Shown one piece after another: positions 10,974 through 21,222 of a stretch of 64,000 nucleotides of DNA (position 1 is the stretch's first letter; the number at the start of each line of letters is the position of its first letter). Where the stretch lies: the IMG/VR virus record IMGVR_UViG_3300026546_000001, positions 64,001-128,000 of that record. One strand, written 5' to 3'. Source of the DNA: a virus (Duplodnaviria; Caudoviricetes). The position numbers and the translations under genes are program-made. The notes below the pieces were generated by a model that ran no database searches, was not told the origin of the DNA, and saw only the letters and a list, made by a program, of their open reading frames with translations.

Positions 10974-11840
10974 ATGAAAGTAAATGATATAGTAAATCCA
11001 TATGGTAGAATAACTAGAATTTCAGATTATTATGTTTGGTTTGGAAAAAAACGTTATTCAAAGAAAACAATATCTGAATTTCCAATTATATACGCTAAAA
11101 GTCCAAATGTTAAAATAGATTGGACTAATGAAAAAGAAGTTGACGAATATTATAAATCATTTAATGAATGGAGTGTTCCAATTAGAATGGGTGATAATAG
11201 AAATTATGAAATATTTAAAATAAAAAATAATAAAGTATATAAAAATGGTGAATATTATCTTCCATTAAAGTTTGAAAATTCAATTCCAAGTAAAGTAAAA
11301 TATGAAGATGGGTATGCATATGGATTTTGTATTACTAAAAAAAATGCATGGTATGATAATATGGATGCTGAATATGTTAATATCTATATGGTAAATAAGT
11401 TATTAACAGATGAATTTATTGAAAAACGAAAATTAAAAATGTTTCTTAGAAATGAATTTATAAGTAATACTGAATATATTAAATATTTAGATTATAATCA
11501 TTTAGATGAATACGATTTACATTTAATTAAACAAAATTTTACTGAAATACTTAAAGATTATTTACCATATAAATATAAAGATGTTTTTATTGATTATGGA
11601 CAATTTTACAACGTAGTTGTGAAATATGAATCAATGATTGGTTATTTAACTATTGATAATAGTTATCATGGACAGCAGCCGTATGGAGAAGATTACGGAT
11701 TAATAATAAAAATTAATCCATTTTTTACAAATGAAATGAAATATTATATACAAGTTGATAATATAAAAAAATTAAATAAACAAGTGCTTAATGCTATTGC
11801 AAAAGAATTAATTAAAAAATGGTCAAAATATAAATATTAA
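10974..11840 (+). CDS. hypothetical protein
   Basis: Start moved to MKVND, just after the TATATTTG box. Confidence 0.65.
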   Translation: MKVNDIVNPYGRITRISDYYVWFGKKRYSKKTISEFPIIYAKSPNVKIDWTNEKEVDEYYKSFNEWSVPIRMGDNRNYEIFKIKNNKVYKNGEYYLPLKFENSIPSKVKYEDGYAYGFCITKKNAWYDNMDAEYVNIYMVNKLLTDEFIEKRKLKMFLRNEFISNTEYIKYLDYNHLDEYDLHLIKQNFTEILKDYLPYKYKDVFIDYGQFYNVVVKYESMIGYLTIDNSYHGQQPYGEDYGLIIKINPFFTNEMKYYIQVDNIKKLNKQVLNAIAKELIKKWSKYKY

Positions 11841-11879
11841 TTTTTAAAATTAATATATAATAAAAAATAATACATTTAA

Positions 11880-12098
11880 ATGGACAAGTTTTCTAAAATT
11901 TTAGAAAGAGGCGGATTAGGACATAATTTTGATATTTCTGCTGATGTTGTAATGAAAAATAATCAAAAATTTAAAGTATCATTTGTTGTTAATTCGTTAA
12001 ATGAAAAAACTGCAATTAAAGATGCTTATAAATTATTAGAAGAAGCAGATTATATTTCATCTGTTAAAAAAATGTATGAACCTAAAAAAATATTATAA
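11880..12098 (+). CDS. small hypothetical protein
   Basis: MDKFSKILE; upstream TAATATATAATAAAAA. Confidence 0.6.
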   Translation: MDKFSKILERGGLGHNFDISADVVMKNNQKFKVSFVVNSLNEKTAIKDAYKLLEEADYISSVKKMYEPKKIL

Positions 12099-12104
12099 TA
12101 TACT

Positions 12105-12416
12105 ATGAAAAAATTAACAGATCTATTTAATAATAACGAAACTAAAATAAATACAAGTACAAATCCAATAAAAAACATTTTAGAAGATAAATTGGTTGTT
12201 GAAAGTGTAAATGAAGATTTAACTAATCACAATATAAATATTGTTGGAATTGATGAAGCAGTTAACGAATTAGAAAAAGAATTTGCAATTAGACTAATAA
12301 AAGAACAAATCAAAATGTGTTCAAATATTTATAATAATTTTAGAGTTGGACAATTTGAGTATTTAGATAAATTAACTGAATCATTACATAATACATTAAA
12401 TAAACTTCAAGCATAA
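12105..12416 (+). CDS. hypothetical protein
   Basis: 103-aa ORF in tandem with the previous gene. Confidence 0.6.
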   Translation: MKKLTDLFNNNETKINTSTNPIKNILEDKLVVESVNEDLTNHNINIVGIDEAVNELEKEFAIRLIKEQIKMCSNIYNNFRVGQFEYLDKLTESLHNTLNKLQA

Positions 12417-12460
12417 AACAATTTTAAATTTTATTCATATATAAAATAAAATAAAATGAT

Positions 12461-12991
12461 ATGAATAAAAGTTCTTATAATGAAATTGTTAGATTAATTA
12501 AACAAATTTGGGATAAAGCTTTAACTGATTTAGATGATATATCTATGCATATTGCGTTATATACACCAAACGCATTATATCCAGTGTTAGAAGAACATCA
12601 AAGTGTTTACGAATATACAATAACATTTTTAAATCCATTATTATATAGAGATTTATATGCATATGCTAGTAAAATAGATTCATTAACGTATTGGTATAAT
12701 ATTGAAATGTTTTCAATGTATAAAGAAACATTTGAAAATATTGATGTTTTTTATTTAAAATGGGGTTCATTTATTGAAATAAATATATCTGAAGAAGAAT
12801 TTAATAAATGGAAACAAATATTTATTAAAAATATGAGAGCTGTTTCATATAAATCAACAATATCAAAAGATAATTTAAAAATATTAAGATATTTAAATCA
12901 ATATATTTATAATAATATGGATTCAATAGATAATATAAATGAAATACTTGATAATGAAACAGAAGAAACAGAAGAAACAAAAGAAAATTAA
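12461..12991 (+). CDS. hypothetical protein
   Basis: 176-aa ORF with an upstream AAAC-N18-TATATA motif. Confidence 0.6.
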   Translation: MNKSSYNEIVRLIKQIWDKALTDLDDISMHIALYTPNALYPVLEEHQSVYEYTITFLNPLLYRDLYAYASKIDSLTYWYNIEMFSMYKETFENIDVFYLKWGSFIEINISEEEFNKWKQIFIKNMRAVSYKSTISKDNLKILRYLNQYIYNNMDSIDNINEILDNETEETEETKEN

Positions 12992-13130
12992 ATTAAAAAA
13001 CATAAAAAAATTTAAAGAATTTAAAAATAAATCTGAAGAAGAAGAATATTATACTGGAACATCAACTCCATATTTTGCGCAAAATTATCCATCGTATTTA
13101 AAAAATTTAAAAAATCACTCAAAAGAGTGA
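12954..13130 (+). CDS. small hypothetical protein, start uncertain
   Basis: Contains KNIKKFKEF..E; overlaps the previous ORF. Confidence 0.35.
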   Translation: MKQKKQKKQKKIKLKNIKKFKEFKNKSEEEEYYTGTSTPYFAQNYPSYLKNLKNHSKE

Positions 13131-13137
13131 TTTTTTT
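13111..13137 (+). terminator. intrinsic terminator
   Basis: AAAATCACTC-aaaa-GAGTGATTTT followed by T run. Confidence 0.75.
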
Positions 13138-13207
13138 ATTAAAACAAATTAAGAGACATATATATATCTGATAAATAAACAATAATAAAAAATAAATTTA
13201 AATAATT

Positions 13208-13525
13208 ATGAATGATAATGATATTTTATATGCAATAGGATATAATAACAGAATAAGCGATAATTTAGTTGTTTACATTACACCATATGGATATTGGAAA
13301 AAAAATAAAGATATAGCATATGAATATGATGATGAAATGTATGATACTATATATGAAATGACTAATCATGTAAATTTAATTCAATTAATGGAAGGTGTAT
13401 ATGAAACATCTGATCCATATATTGAATTAGAAGAATTAGAAAGTGAATTGATAAATGCTGGATTTATAAAAGATGAAGAATTTATAAATTTTATTGAAGA
13501 AACTGAATTTACTGAAACTGTTTAA
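13208..13525 (+). CDS. acidic hypothetical protein
   Basis: 105 aa, very rich in Glu and Asp. Confidence 0.6.
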   Translation: MNDNDILYAIGYNNRISDNLVVYITPYGYWKKNKDIAYEYDDEMYDTIYEMTNHVNLIQLMEGVYETSDPYIELEELESELINAGFIKDEEFINFIEETEFTETV

Positions 13526-13573
13526 TAAACATTTTTAAAATTATTAATATATTAAATAAATTCACATTAATTA

Positions 13574-14683
13574 ATGGATAATATTACAATAACCCATAAA
13601 GCTGGAGCTAAAGTTGAAATAAAAGGTAATAGTAACAAACAATATCATATACAATTTATTGATGATGATACAAATGAATTAATAAATGAAGGTACTATAA
13701 ATGTAAATAGGTCAATTTCAGCAAAACCAGAATATTATATAAAATGGAGAATAATAATTTCTACTAATAATAAAGTAATATCTGATACTGTTTTAAATTT
13801 AGAAGGTAAAAATGTATTAATATCATTTGAATCATCTGCATTAGGTGACACTATATCTTGGATACCATATGTTTTAGAATTTAAACGTAAACATAAATGT
13901 AATGTGTATTGTGCAACATTTAAAAATAAATTATTTGAAAAAGAATACCCAGAAATAAATTTTATAACAAGAAGCACTGTTGTACCAGATGTAATGACTG
14001 TTTATAGAATTGGTTGGTTTGGAAGAGGTGAAAAAAATCACAGAAATAAAATTGATTGTAGAACAATTCCATTACAACAATTAGTATGTGAAACTTTAGG
14101 TTTAGAATATAAAGAAATTAGACCAAAAATAACATTTGATAAACGTGCTCCATTAGTTAATAATTCAAATTATGTTGCAATTAGTACAGATTCAACTGCT
14201 CAAGCAAAATATTGGAATAGAAAAGGCGCGTGGCAAGAATTAGTGAATTGGTTAAATGATCGTGGATATACTGTAGTTAACATGAGTAAACAACAAAATA
14301 ATTTAAAAAATGTCGTTGATAAAACTGGTATAGCACCTTTAGAAAATTTAGTTAATATTGCACAGTATGCAAAATTTTATATTGGTTTAAGTTCAGGATT
14401 AGCATGGATGTCGTGGGCATTAGGTAAAAAAGTTGTAATGATAGCAGGATTTACTGCAAAATGGTTTGAATTTCAAGAAAATAATTATAGAGTTCGCAAT
14501 GATTCAGTTTGTAACTCGTGTTTTACAGATACAAGATATTGGTTCAACAGAGGAGATTGGATGTGGTGTCCTGTACATAAAGGAACACCAAAACATTTTA
14601 TATGTCATAAGTCTATTACACCTGAAATGGTAGAGGAAAAAATTATTCAACTTGAACAAGATTTAGAAAAAGAAAAAGCATAG
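13574..14683 (+). CDS. AAH/TibC-like (autotransporter heptosyltransferase-type, GT-B) glycosyltransferase
   Basis: ALGDTISW, IGLSSGLAW, and C-terminal CNSC...WCPVH...C iron-finger pattern. Confidence 0.75.
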   Translation: MDNITITHKAGAKVEIKGNSNKQYHIQFIDDDTNELINEGTINVNRSISAKPEYYIKWRIIISTNNKVISDTVLNLEGKNVLISFESSALGDTISWIPYVLEFKRKHKCNVYCATFKNKLFEKEYPEINFITRSTVVPDVMTVYRIGWFGRGEKNHRNKIDCRTIPLQQLVCETLGLEYKEIRPKITFDKRAPLVNNSNYVAISTDSTAQAKYWNRKGAWQELVNWLNDRGYTVVNMSKQQNNLKNVVDKTGIAPLENLVNIAQYAKFYIGLSSGLAWMSWALGKKVVMIAGFTAKWFEFQENNYRVRNDSVCNSCFTDTRYWFNRGDWMWCPVHKGTPKHFICHKSITPEMVEEKIIQLEQDLEKEKA

Positions 14684-14685
14684 TT

Positions 14686-15009
14686 ATGGCTGATAATATA
14701 CATCCATTTGACAAATTGCCAGAAGATACAGCTATTAATAAAATTATAGATGAATTTGATTTTGAATTAGTTAGATCATATATGATGATTAATAATTGGA
14801 AAGTTGCAACTGCGCATGATTATGATTTAGTTATACCAACTATAGATGATTTAAAAAAAACTGCTCGTGATATATTAGAAAGCGCCGAAGCAATAGAAAA
14901 TAATCCTTCATTTGTGTATACTGCAGGATTAATGGCAACAAAATGGGGTGATGAGTTATCATTATATTTTATAATAGAAAATAAAACGGAAATAAGAAAA
15001 TTTGAATAA
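14686..15009 (+). CDS. hypothetical protein
   Basis: Operonic 107-aa ORF. Confidence 0.6.
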   Translation: MADNIHPFDKLPEDTAINKIIDEFDFELVRSYMMINNWKVATAHDYDLVIPTIDDLKKTARDILESAEAIENNPSFVYTAGLMATKWGDELSLYFIIENKTEIRKFE

Positions 15010-15012
15010 ATT

Positions 15013-15696
15013 ATGAAAATATGGATTACAATACCAACGTGGAATAGGAAAAAAACTGCAGAAACAATTATTCCAATTACATATAAACATAAAAAAGATC
15101 ATTTTTTACATATTACAGATGATTATTCAACTGAATATAACGCATTTGAATTATTTAAAAATCATGCTGATCAAATTGAACGGCCACCTAAAAAATTAGG
15201 AGTTCAATTATTAAGATGTTGGGAATTTAGAAAGTTTTTAGAAACAGATTATGATCTTATTTATATGACTGATTCTGATGCATTACATGATCCTAATTTT
15301 ACTGATAGATTATTGGAATTATATGATGTAACAAAACATCCAGTTTGTATATACAATACAAACTGGCATATACGCGCAACAATAAATTACAATGAAAAAT
15401 ATAATTTTTATTGGCGTCGAACAATGCCAGGTGTTAGTCAATTATATGATAGAAGTATGGTTGAAAAGATAGTTAAAGAATTAGATAAACGAGGTGATCC
15501 AGTGTATGCATGGGATTATAGAGTTTTAGAATACTTAGGAATGAAAAGTGCAACTAGTAAAACTTCATACATGCAACATTTTGGAGGACCTGGAAGTATA
15601 CATAATAAAACTTTAACTAGTGATACTGCGCTTGAACCAACTGAATATTTAAAAAGTATGTGGAATCCAATATTAAAACAAATTACAAAAAGATGA
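15013..15696 (+). CDS. GT-A/GT2-like glycosyltransferase
   Basis: IPTWNR, DDYSTE, DxD motif TDSD. Confidence 0.7.
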   Translation: MKIWITIPTWNRKKTAETIIPITYKHKKDHFLHITDDYSTEYNAFELFKNHADQIERPPKKLGVQLLRCWEFRKFLETDYDLIYMTDSDALHDPNFTDRLLELYDVTKHPVCIYNTNWHIRATINYNEKYNFYWRRTMPGVSQLYDRSMVEKIVKELDKRGDPVYAWDYRVLEYLGMKSATSKTSYMQHFGGPGSIHNKTLTSDTALEPTEYLKSMWNPILKQITKR

Positions 15697-15998
15697 AAGA
15701 CGGTGAAGAATTTCTACAATCAAAAAAAATATTTCATCATCCATGGGTTTATTCAACAAATGAAAAAACTGGATATGAAATAGCGTCGTTATTAGATGAA
15801 TATGCAGATTATGTTTTAAAAGAACATAAAATAAAGTCAGTTAGCGAACGATTTGATGATGACAAATTTATATTCAATGTCTGTCTTAGTTATCGTCACG
15901 ATTTTGGACTATTAACAGATAAACAACAAAAAGAAATAATTTTTGAATGTAAAGAGTGGATGAGAGCTATAAAAAATAATGAACCATATAATTTATAA
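15693..15998 (+). CDS. hypothetical protein
   Basis: ATGA overlap with the upstream stop gives start MKDGEE. Confidence 0.55.
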   Translation: MKDGEEFLQSKKIFHHPWVYSTNEKTGYEIASLLDEYADYVLKEHKIKSVSERFDDDKFIFNVCLSYRHDFGLLTDKQQKEIIFECKEWMRAIKNNEPYNL

Positions 15999-16001
15999 AT
16001 T

Positions 16002-16847
16002 ATGCATTTTGAATTACAATACTTAAATTTAATAGATACTATTTTAAAAAATGGCATTTTAAAGGAAAATAGAACAGGTGTTAGTGCATACACAATTGCA
16101 CATACAATGCTTCAACATGATATGCAAAATGGATTTCCATTATTAACTACTAAAAAAATGGGAATAAAAAGTATATCCGCAGAACTTGAATTTTTCATAA
16201 AGGGGTTAACTGATAAACAATGGTTAAAGGATAGAAAATGTTCAATCTGGAATGAATGGTGTAATCCTAAAAAAATACCTAATGATTTAACAGATGATGA
16301 AAGAAAAGCTTATCAACTCACTGAAAATGACTTAGGGCCTATATATGGGTACCAGTGGAGAAACTTTAATAGTAGTGGATATGATCAACTTAAACATATA
16401 GTAAATACTCTTAAAACGAATCCAAATGATCGTAGAATGGTATGTTCAAGTTGGAATCCTCTTGAAATGGATAGTATGGCATTACCGCCGTGTCATGTTT
16501 TATGGCATGTTACAGTTATTGGTAATAAATTAAATTTAAGTTGGTTTCAAAGATCTTGTGATGTAGGAGCAGGTATTCCATATAATATGGCATCATACGC
16601 CATATTATTAAAATTGTTAGCTAAAGAATCTAATTTAGAAGAAGGTATAATAACTGGATTTTTATCTGATGTTCATATTTATGAAAATCATGTTGATCAA
16701 CTGAAAGAGCAAATAACTAGAACAAATTATGATGAACCACAATTAGAAATTTTAAATTTTACAAATATATTTAATTGGAAATATACAGATTTAAAACTTC
16801 ATAATTACAATTATCATCCTAAAATATATTTACCAATAGCGGTATGA
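16002..16847 (+). CDS. thyA: thymidylate synthase
   Basis: RTG, GPIYGYQWR, MALPPCH, QRSCD..GIPYN, HIYENH. Confidence 0.95.
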   Translation: MHFELQYLNLIDTILKNGILKENRTGVSAYTIAHTMLQHDMQNGFPLLTTKKMGIKSISAELEFFIKGLTDKQWLKDRKCSIWNEWCNPKKIPNDLTDDERKAYQLTENDLGPIYGYQWRNFNSSGYDQLKHIVNTLKTNPNDRRMVCSSWNPLEMDSMALPPCHVLWHVTVIGNKLNLSWFQRSCDVGAGIPYNMASYAILLKLLAKESNLEEGIITGFLSDVHIYENHVDQLKEQITRTNYDEPQLEILNFTNIFNWKYTDLKLHNYNYHPKIYLPIAV

Positions 16848-17572
16848 AAATAAGAATTGATGTTCCGTGTTATAATAGAAAAAATATAACTGAATTAGTA
16901 TTAAATCAGTTATATAAATTTAAAACTAATAATGCTGATATTAGAATTTATAATGATAATTCAACTGAATATGATAATAAATGGTTAGAACAATGGGGTG
17001 ATGTTATAACATATGAAATGCCTAAACAAGACAAATGGAAAAATATTCACACTATTCGATATAAGGCGTATTTAGATTTTTTAGATGAAGATTATGATTT
17101 TTTATACATGACTGATAATGACGCATTTCATGATCCAAATTATATAAATGTATTATTAGATTTATATTCAAAAACTAAATTACCAGTATGTGGTTATAAA
17201 TCATATTTTATGAGCACTTTTTCTCCACAATATCGTCGCGCAATAAGACTAAATAAAGAATATCATATTATGAAAAATACTAATGGTGGAATTAGTGTTT
17301 TTTTATCTAAACGTTTAGTTGAAAAATTAATGAAATATTATAATAAAAATACTATAATGTGGGATTGTGATACTTGGAAATATTTAGGTAATACATATGC
17401 TCTTCCTAAAAATAGTATATTAGATCATTATGGTAAAGGAGGATTACATAATAAAGATTGGAATTTTGATTACGCACTATATCCAACAGAATATTTAGCA
17501 AAAGTTAGACCATATATAATAAAATATTTAGAAGGTGAAATAACTAAAGAAAATATTGATAATATTATTTAA
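16844..17572 (+). CDS. GT-A/GT2-like glycosyltransferase, paralog of 15013..15696
   Basis: VPCYNR, NDNSTEY, YMTDND, shared PTEYL tail. Confidence 0.7.
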   Translation: MKIRIDVPCYNRKNITELVLNQLYKFKTNNADIRIYNDNSTEYDNKWLEQWGDVITYEMPKQDKWKNIHTIRYKAYLDFLDEDYDFLYMTDNDAFHDPNYINVLLDLYSKTKLPVCGYKSYFMSTFSPQYRRAIRLNKEYHIMKNTNGGISVFLSKRLVEKLMKYYNKNTIMWDCDTWKYLGNTYALPKNSILDHYGKGGLHNKDWNFDYALYPTEYLAKVRPYIIKYLEGEITKENIDNII

Positions 17573-17829
17573 TTATTTTTATTATGTATCATTTTTAAAA
17601 GTATAGATTGAATCATTTCTTGTGAATATACTGATTTATCATTTAATTCTTCAACATATTTTATAAATGTTGAACAAAATTCATCATATGAATATTTTTT
17701 TGATTCATCTGTTGATATGCTAATAGCTTCATTAGTATTTTTTATGATATTTTTCCAAAAATCATAATCATTTACAAAACTATTTGTTAAATTATCAATA
17801 ATTTTGTTATATTTGTCATTATTATTCAT
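17569..17829 (-). CDS. hypothetical protein
   Basis: 86-aa ORF with TAATATATA directly upstream. Confidence 0.55.
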   Translation of the reverse strand: MNNNDKYNKIIDNLTNSFVNDYDFWKNIIKNTNEAISISTDESKKYSYDEFCSTFIKYVEELNDKSVYSQEMIQSILLKMIHNKNN

Positions 17830-17855
17830 AATTTATATATTAAAATTTTATTATT

Positions 17856-18581
17856 ATGCAAAAAATAATTTTTATAATTTCAATAATAAGTGTTATATTA
17901 TTATCAATTTTTATAACTACAGTTATACCACATTTTTTTAATGTAAGTTCAACTATTTATAATATAGTTGCATTAATATTAACGATTTATGTGTTGTTAT
18001 ATTTATTAAGAATTATAAAAGTTAAACATTTTGAACATTATCATATTTTAGATAAAAAAATGACTAAGAACATTTTAACTTTTACATTTTTATTATTTTT
18101 AATATTTATTACTATTGAATATTTTTATGATACAATTTTAGTTGCTAATATAGTTATATCATTAATGATTGGATTTTATGCAGGTGATATTAATAGAAAA
18201 ATTGAAAGGTATTATACTAATAAAAAAAATAAACGAAATGATATAATTGCAGAAAAATATTATAATATGATAAGTGATTATATGAATAGAAATGGTTACT
18301 ATATGATTGGCGATATAAATAAAAACGATATATATCAAATTAAAATAAATTTTCATGTTAAACACGCAGATAAAATTGTTAATTTTTTACAGTATTTAGT
18401 TTCAAATCCAAATAAAGCATATTTAACAAATCAAATATTTAATCATATTGACATTAGTGACGATGGATCAGTAATGTTAGATGGTGAAGTTATAACAAAT
18501 CCGTCTAAATTAGGTTTATTTATTTTACAAAAAATAGATGAAAAAAATTATGATGTAACAGTTAATTTAACTGATGCTTAA
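17856..18581 (+). CDS. membrane protein (about 4 N-terminal TM helices)
   Basis: Four hydrophobic segments followed by a soluble C-terminal domain. Confidence 0.65.
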   Translation: MQKIIFIISIISVILLSIFITTVIPHFFNVSSTIYNIVALILTIYVLLYLLRIIKVKHFEHYHILDKKMTKNILTFTFLLFLIFITIEYFYDTILVANIVISLMIGFYAGDINRKIERYYTNKKNKRNDIIAEKYYNMISDYMNRNGYYMIGDINKNDIYQIKINFHVKHADKIVNFLQYLVSNPNKAYLTNQIFNHIDISDDGSVMLDGEVITNPSKLGLFILQKIDEKNYDVTVNLTDA

Positions 18582-18640
18582 TTTTTTTAATTAAATATTT
18601 TTTGTTATATTTGTATCGAATTTTAAAAAACAAAACAATT

Positions 18641-19948
18641 ATGAAAAAAGTTATTGAAGAACTACAATGGAGAGGATTGTTACATCAAACAACACCTGAA
18701 TTAATTAACAAAAATTCAAAAAAAATTACTGTTTATGCTGGATTTGATCCAACTGCAGATTCACTACATATTGGAAATCTTGCGCCAATAATGTTACTTA
18801 AACATTTACAAAACGCAGGTGCAAATATTATAGCTCTTGTTGGCGGAGCAACTGGTATGATTGGTGATCCATCTGGAAAAAAATCAGAAAGAAAATTTTT
18901 AGATGAAAAAACATTAGATAAAAATTTTGATGCAATTCGCAATCAAATACATGAATTACTTCCTAAAAATAATTCAGATGCTAATATACCAAAAATGGTT
19001 AATAACTATAATTGGTATAAAGATATGAATATTCTTTTCTTTTTGCGTAACGTTGGTAAATATATTACTGTTAATACTATGATGTCTAAAGATTCTGTTA
19101 AAAATAGAATTAATGGTGAAAATAATGCTGGAATTAGTTTTACTGAATTTACATATCAATTAATTCAAGCTCAGGATTTTAGGCACTTAAATAATAAATA
19201 TGGTTGTAATTTACAGGTTGGTGGTTCTGATCAATGGGGTAATATGACTGCAGGAATTGAATTGCTTCGTAAAGCTGATAGCGTAGAAGTTGATGCATTA
19301 ACATGTCCATTAATAACAAAAACAGATGGTTCAAAATTTGGTAAAAGTGAAAATGGAAATGTTTGGTTAGATGCAAATAAAACATCACCATATAATTTTT
19401 ATCAATTTTGGTTTAATCAAACTGATGAAGATGCTGCAAAATTTATTAAAATATTTACATTTTTGACAAAATCAGAAATTGATAATATTATTAATGAACA
19501 CAACGCAGCACCACACAAACGTTTATTACAAAAAAGATTAGCAGAAGAAGTAACTAAAATGATACATGGTGAAGAAGGATTACAAGAAGCATTAGTTGCT
19601 ACTGATTTTCTTTTTTCAAAAAAGAATGTTGATATTAATTCATTAGAAAGAATATCAGATACTTCATTTGAAAGAATATTTTCATCTGTTCCAAATACAC
19701 ATATTAATAAAATAATATTTGATTCTGCAACAGACATTTATGATTTATTAAGCGAAAAAACAAATTTTGAAATTTTTAAATCTAAAGGAGATATTCGCAG
19801 ATTAATAAAAAATAATGGTTTGTCAATAAATCTTTCAAAAATTAAAAATGATACAAATTTGACAGATCTTAAAACAATTCATTCAAAATATATTATAATA
19901 CAAAAAGGAAAGAAAAATTTTCACTTATTAAAAATAGTAAATGAATGA
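18641..19948 (+). CDS. tyrS: tyrosyl-tRNA synthetase
   Basis: GFDPTADSLHIGN, QVGGSDQWGN, KFGKS, C-terminal S4-like domain; start moved to MKKVIEE. Confidence 0.95.
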   Translation: MKKVIEELQWRGLLHQTTPELINKNSKKITVYAGFDPTADSLHIGNLAPIMLLKHLQNAGANIIALVGGATGMIGDPSGKKSERKFLDEKTLDKNFDAIRNQIHELLPKNNSDANIPKMVNNYNWYKDMNILFFLRNVGKYITVNTMMSKDSVKNRINGENNAGISFTEFTYQLIQAQDFRHLNNKYGCNLQVGGSDQWGNMTAGIELLRKADSVEVDALTCPLITKTDGSKFGKSENGNVWLDANKTSPYNFYQFWFNQTDEDAAKFIKIFTFLTKSEIDNIINEHNAAPHKRLLQKRLAEEVTKMIHGEEGLQEALVATDFLFSKKNVDINSLERISDTSFERIFSSVPNTHINKIIFDSATDIYDLLSEKTNFEIFKSKGDIRRLIKNNGLSINLSKIKNDTNLTDLKTIHSKYIIIQKGKKNFHLLKIVNE

Positions 19949-20618
19949 TACAGCAACATTATTATCAAATTTAACACATGATATGAAATCATATCTGTCT
20001 GTTATAGATGCAATTATATCTAATTTAAAAAATACAAAATTAACAGACGAACAACAATCATTGTTAAATTTGTTGAAACATACTAAAAACTCAATGTGTT
20101 CGATGGTTAATAACACATTGAGTTTTTCTAAATTAGAAAATAAACAACTAACTCTTAAAAATACTATATTTGATATTAACGAATTATTAAATATAACATA
20201 TTCAATGTTATTATATACTGCTAGTAATAATAATGTTAAACTTATAAAAGATTTTAATCATACTATTAAAAATGTTAGGGGTGATAAGATAAGATTTCAA
20301 CAAATTTTAATGAACATTTTATCAAATGCTGTTAAATTTACTGCAAATGGTACTATATCAATAAAAACTTCATCAAAAATCGTTAATAACAATATTGTTT
20401 TTAACTGTGAAATTTCAGACACTGGAATTGGAATTGAAGAATATAAATTAAATAATATTTTTAATAAAAATGTTACATATGATCCAGTTGATGGCACAGG
20501 ATTAGGTCTTTATATTACAAAAGAATTAATTGAATTAATGGATGGTGAAATAACTATTATATCTGAAGTTAATGAAGGAACTACTTTTAAGTTTAATGTT
20601 AAATTTGAATTAATATAA
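19941..20618 (+). CDS. minimal histidine kinase (HisKA + HATPase only)
   Basis: H-box LTHDMK, N-box NILSNAVKFT, DTGIGI, GTGLGL. Confidence 0.85.
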   Translation: MNDTATLLSNLTHDMKSYLSVIDAIISNLKNTKLTDEQQSLLNLLKHTKNSMCSMVNNTLSFSKLENKQLTLKNTIFDINELLNITYSMLLYTASNNNVKLIKDFNHTIKNVRGDKIRFQQILMNILSNAVKFTANGTISIKTSSKIVNNNIVFNCEISDTGIGIEEYKLNNIFNKNVTYDPVDGTGLGLYITKELIELMDGEITIISEVNEGTTFKFNVKFELI

Positions 20619-20918
20619 ATCATTTATATTGTGAATAATTTCTTCATTTTTTAAATTATTTAAATCATATTTTTTTATAACTTTATTAATATCAGTAAAA
20701 ATTGATGTTTTATTATGATATTCAAGATAACACTCCTCTTCATTATTTGAATAATCTTTAGAAAATTCGCTATAATAAACAGTATAAAAATTATCTTCAT
20801 TATATTTAACTATTTTAATATAATATACTGTATCATCGTTATTATATTTAATATATTCATAATCTTCTTCGTGTGAATGATGCACGTTTTTATTTTTTGT
20901 CCAAATTCCTTTAGTCAT
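20610..20918 (-). CDS. array protein 6 (C-terminal YDLNN..INDLY)
   Basis: Starts MTKGIW, overlapping the upstream stop. Confidence 0.7.
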   Translation of the reverse strand: MTKGIWTKNKNVHHSHEEDYEYIKYNNDDTVYYIKIVKYNEDNFYTVYYSEFSKDYSNNEEECYLEYHNKTSIFTDINKVIKKYDLNNLKNEEIIHNINDLY

Positions 20919-21222
20919 ATAAATCATTTATATCGTGAATTATTTCTTTATTTTTTAAATTATTTAAATCATATAATTCAATTGCGTCTTTTAATGTGTA
21001 TACTATATGATCAATATTAGCTGTTTCAATATATTGTTTCTCACCATATTTAAAGCCTATAAATGAAAATTTACTGAAAAATACACTATAATATTTATGA
21101 TGTGGATATTTAACAACTCTAACTCTATCAACTGTATTATCTTTACTAACATAGCGTTCATAAATATAGTCTTCAAATCCAGTAGATTCAACGTTTTTTT
21201 TGTACCATATATCTTTAGTCAT
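20911..21222 (-). CDS. array protein 5
   Basis: MTKDIW...YDLNN..INDLYD. Confidence 0.7.
   Translation of the reverse strand: MTKDIWYKKNVESTGFEDYIYERYVSKDNTVDRVRVVKYPHHKYYSVFFSKFSFIGFKYGEKQYIETANIDHIVYTLKDAIELYDLNNLKNKEIIHDINDLYD

Noticed and set aside
16002-16847. dCMP hydroxymethylase for modified DNA
   Set aside because: Canonical ThyA motifs, including the dUMP-specifying Asn
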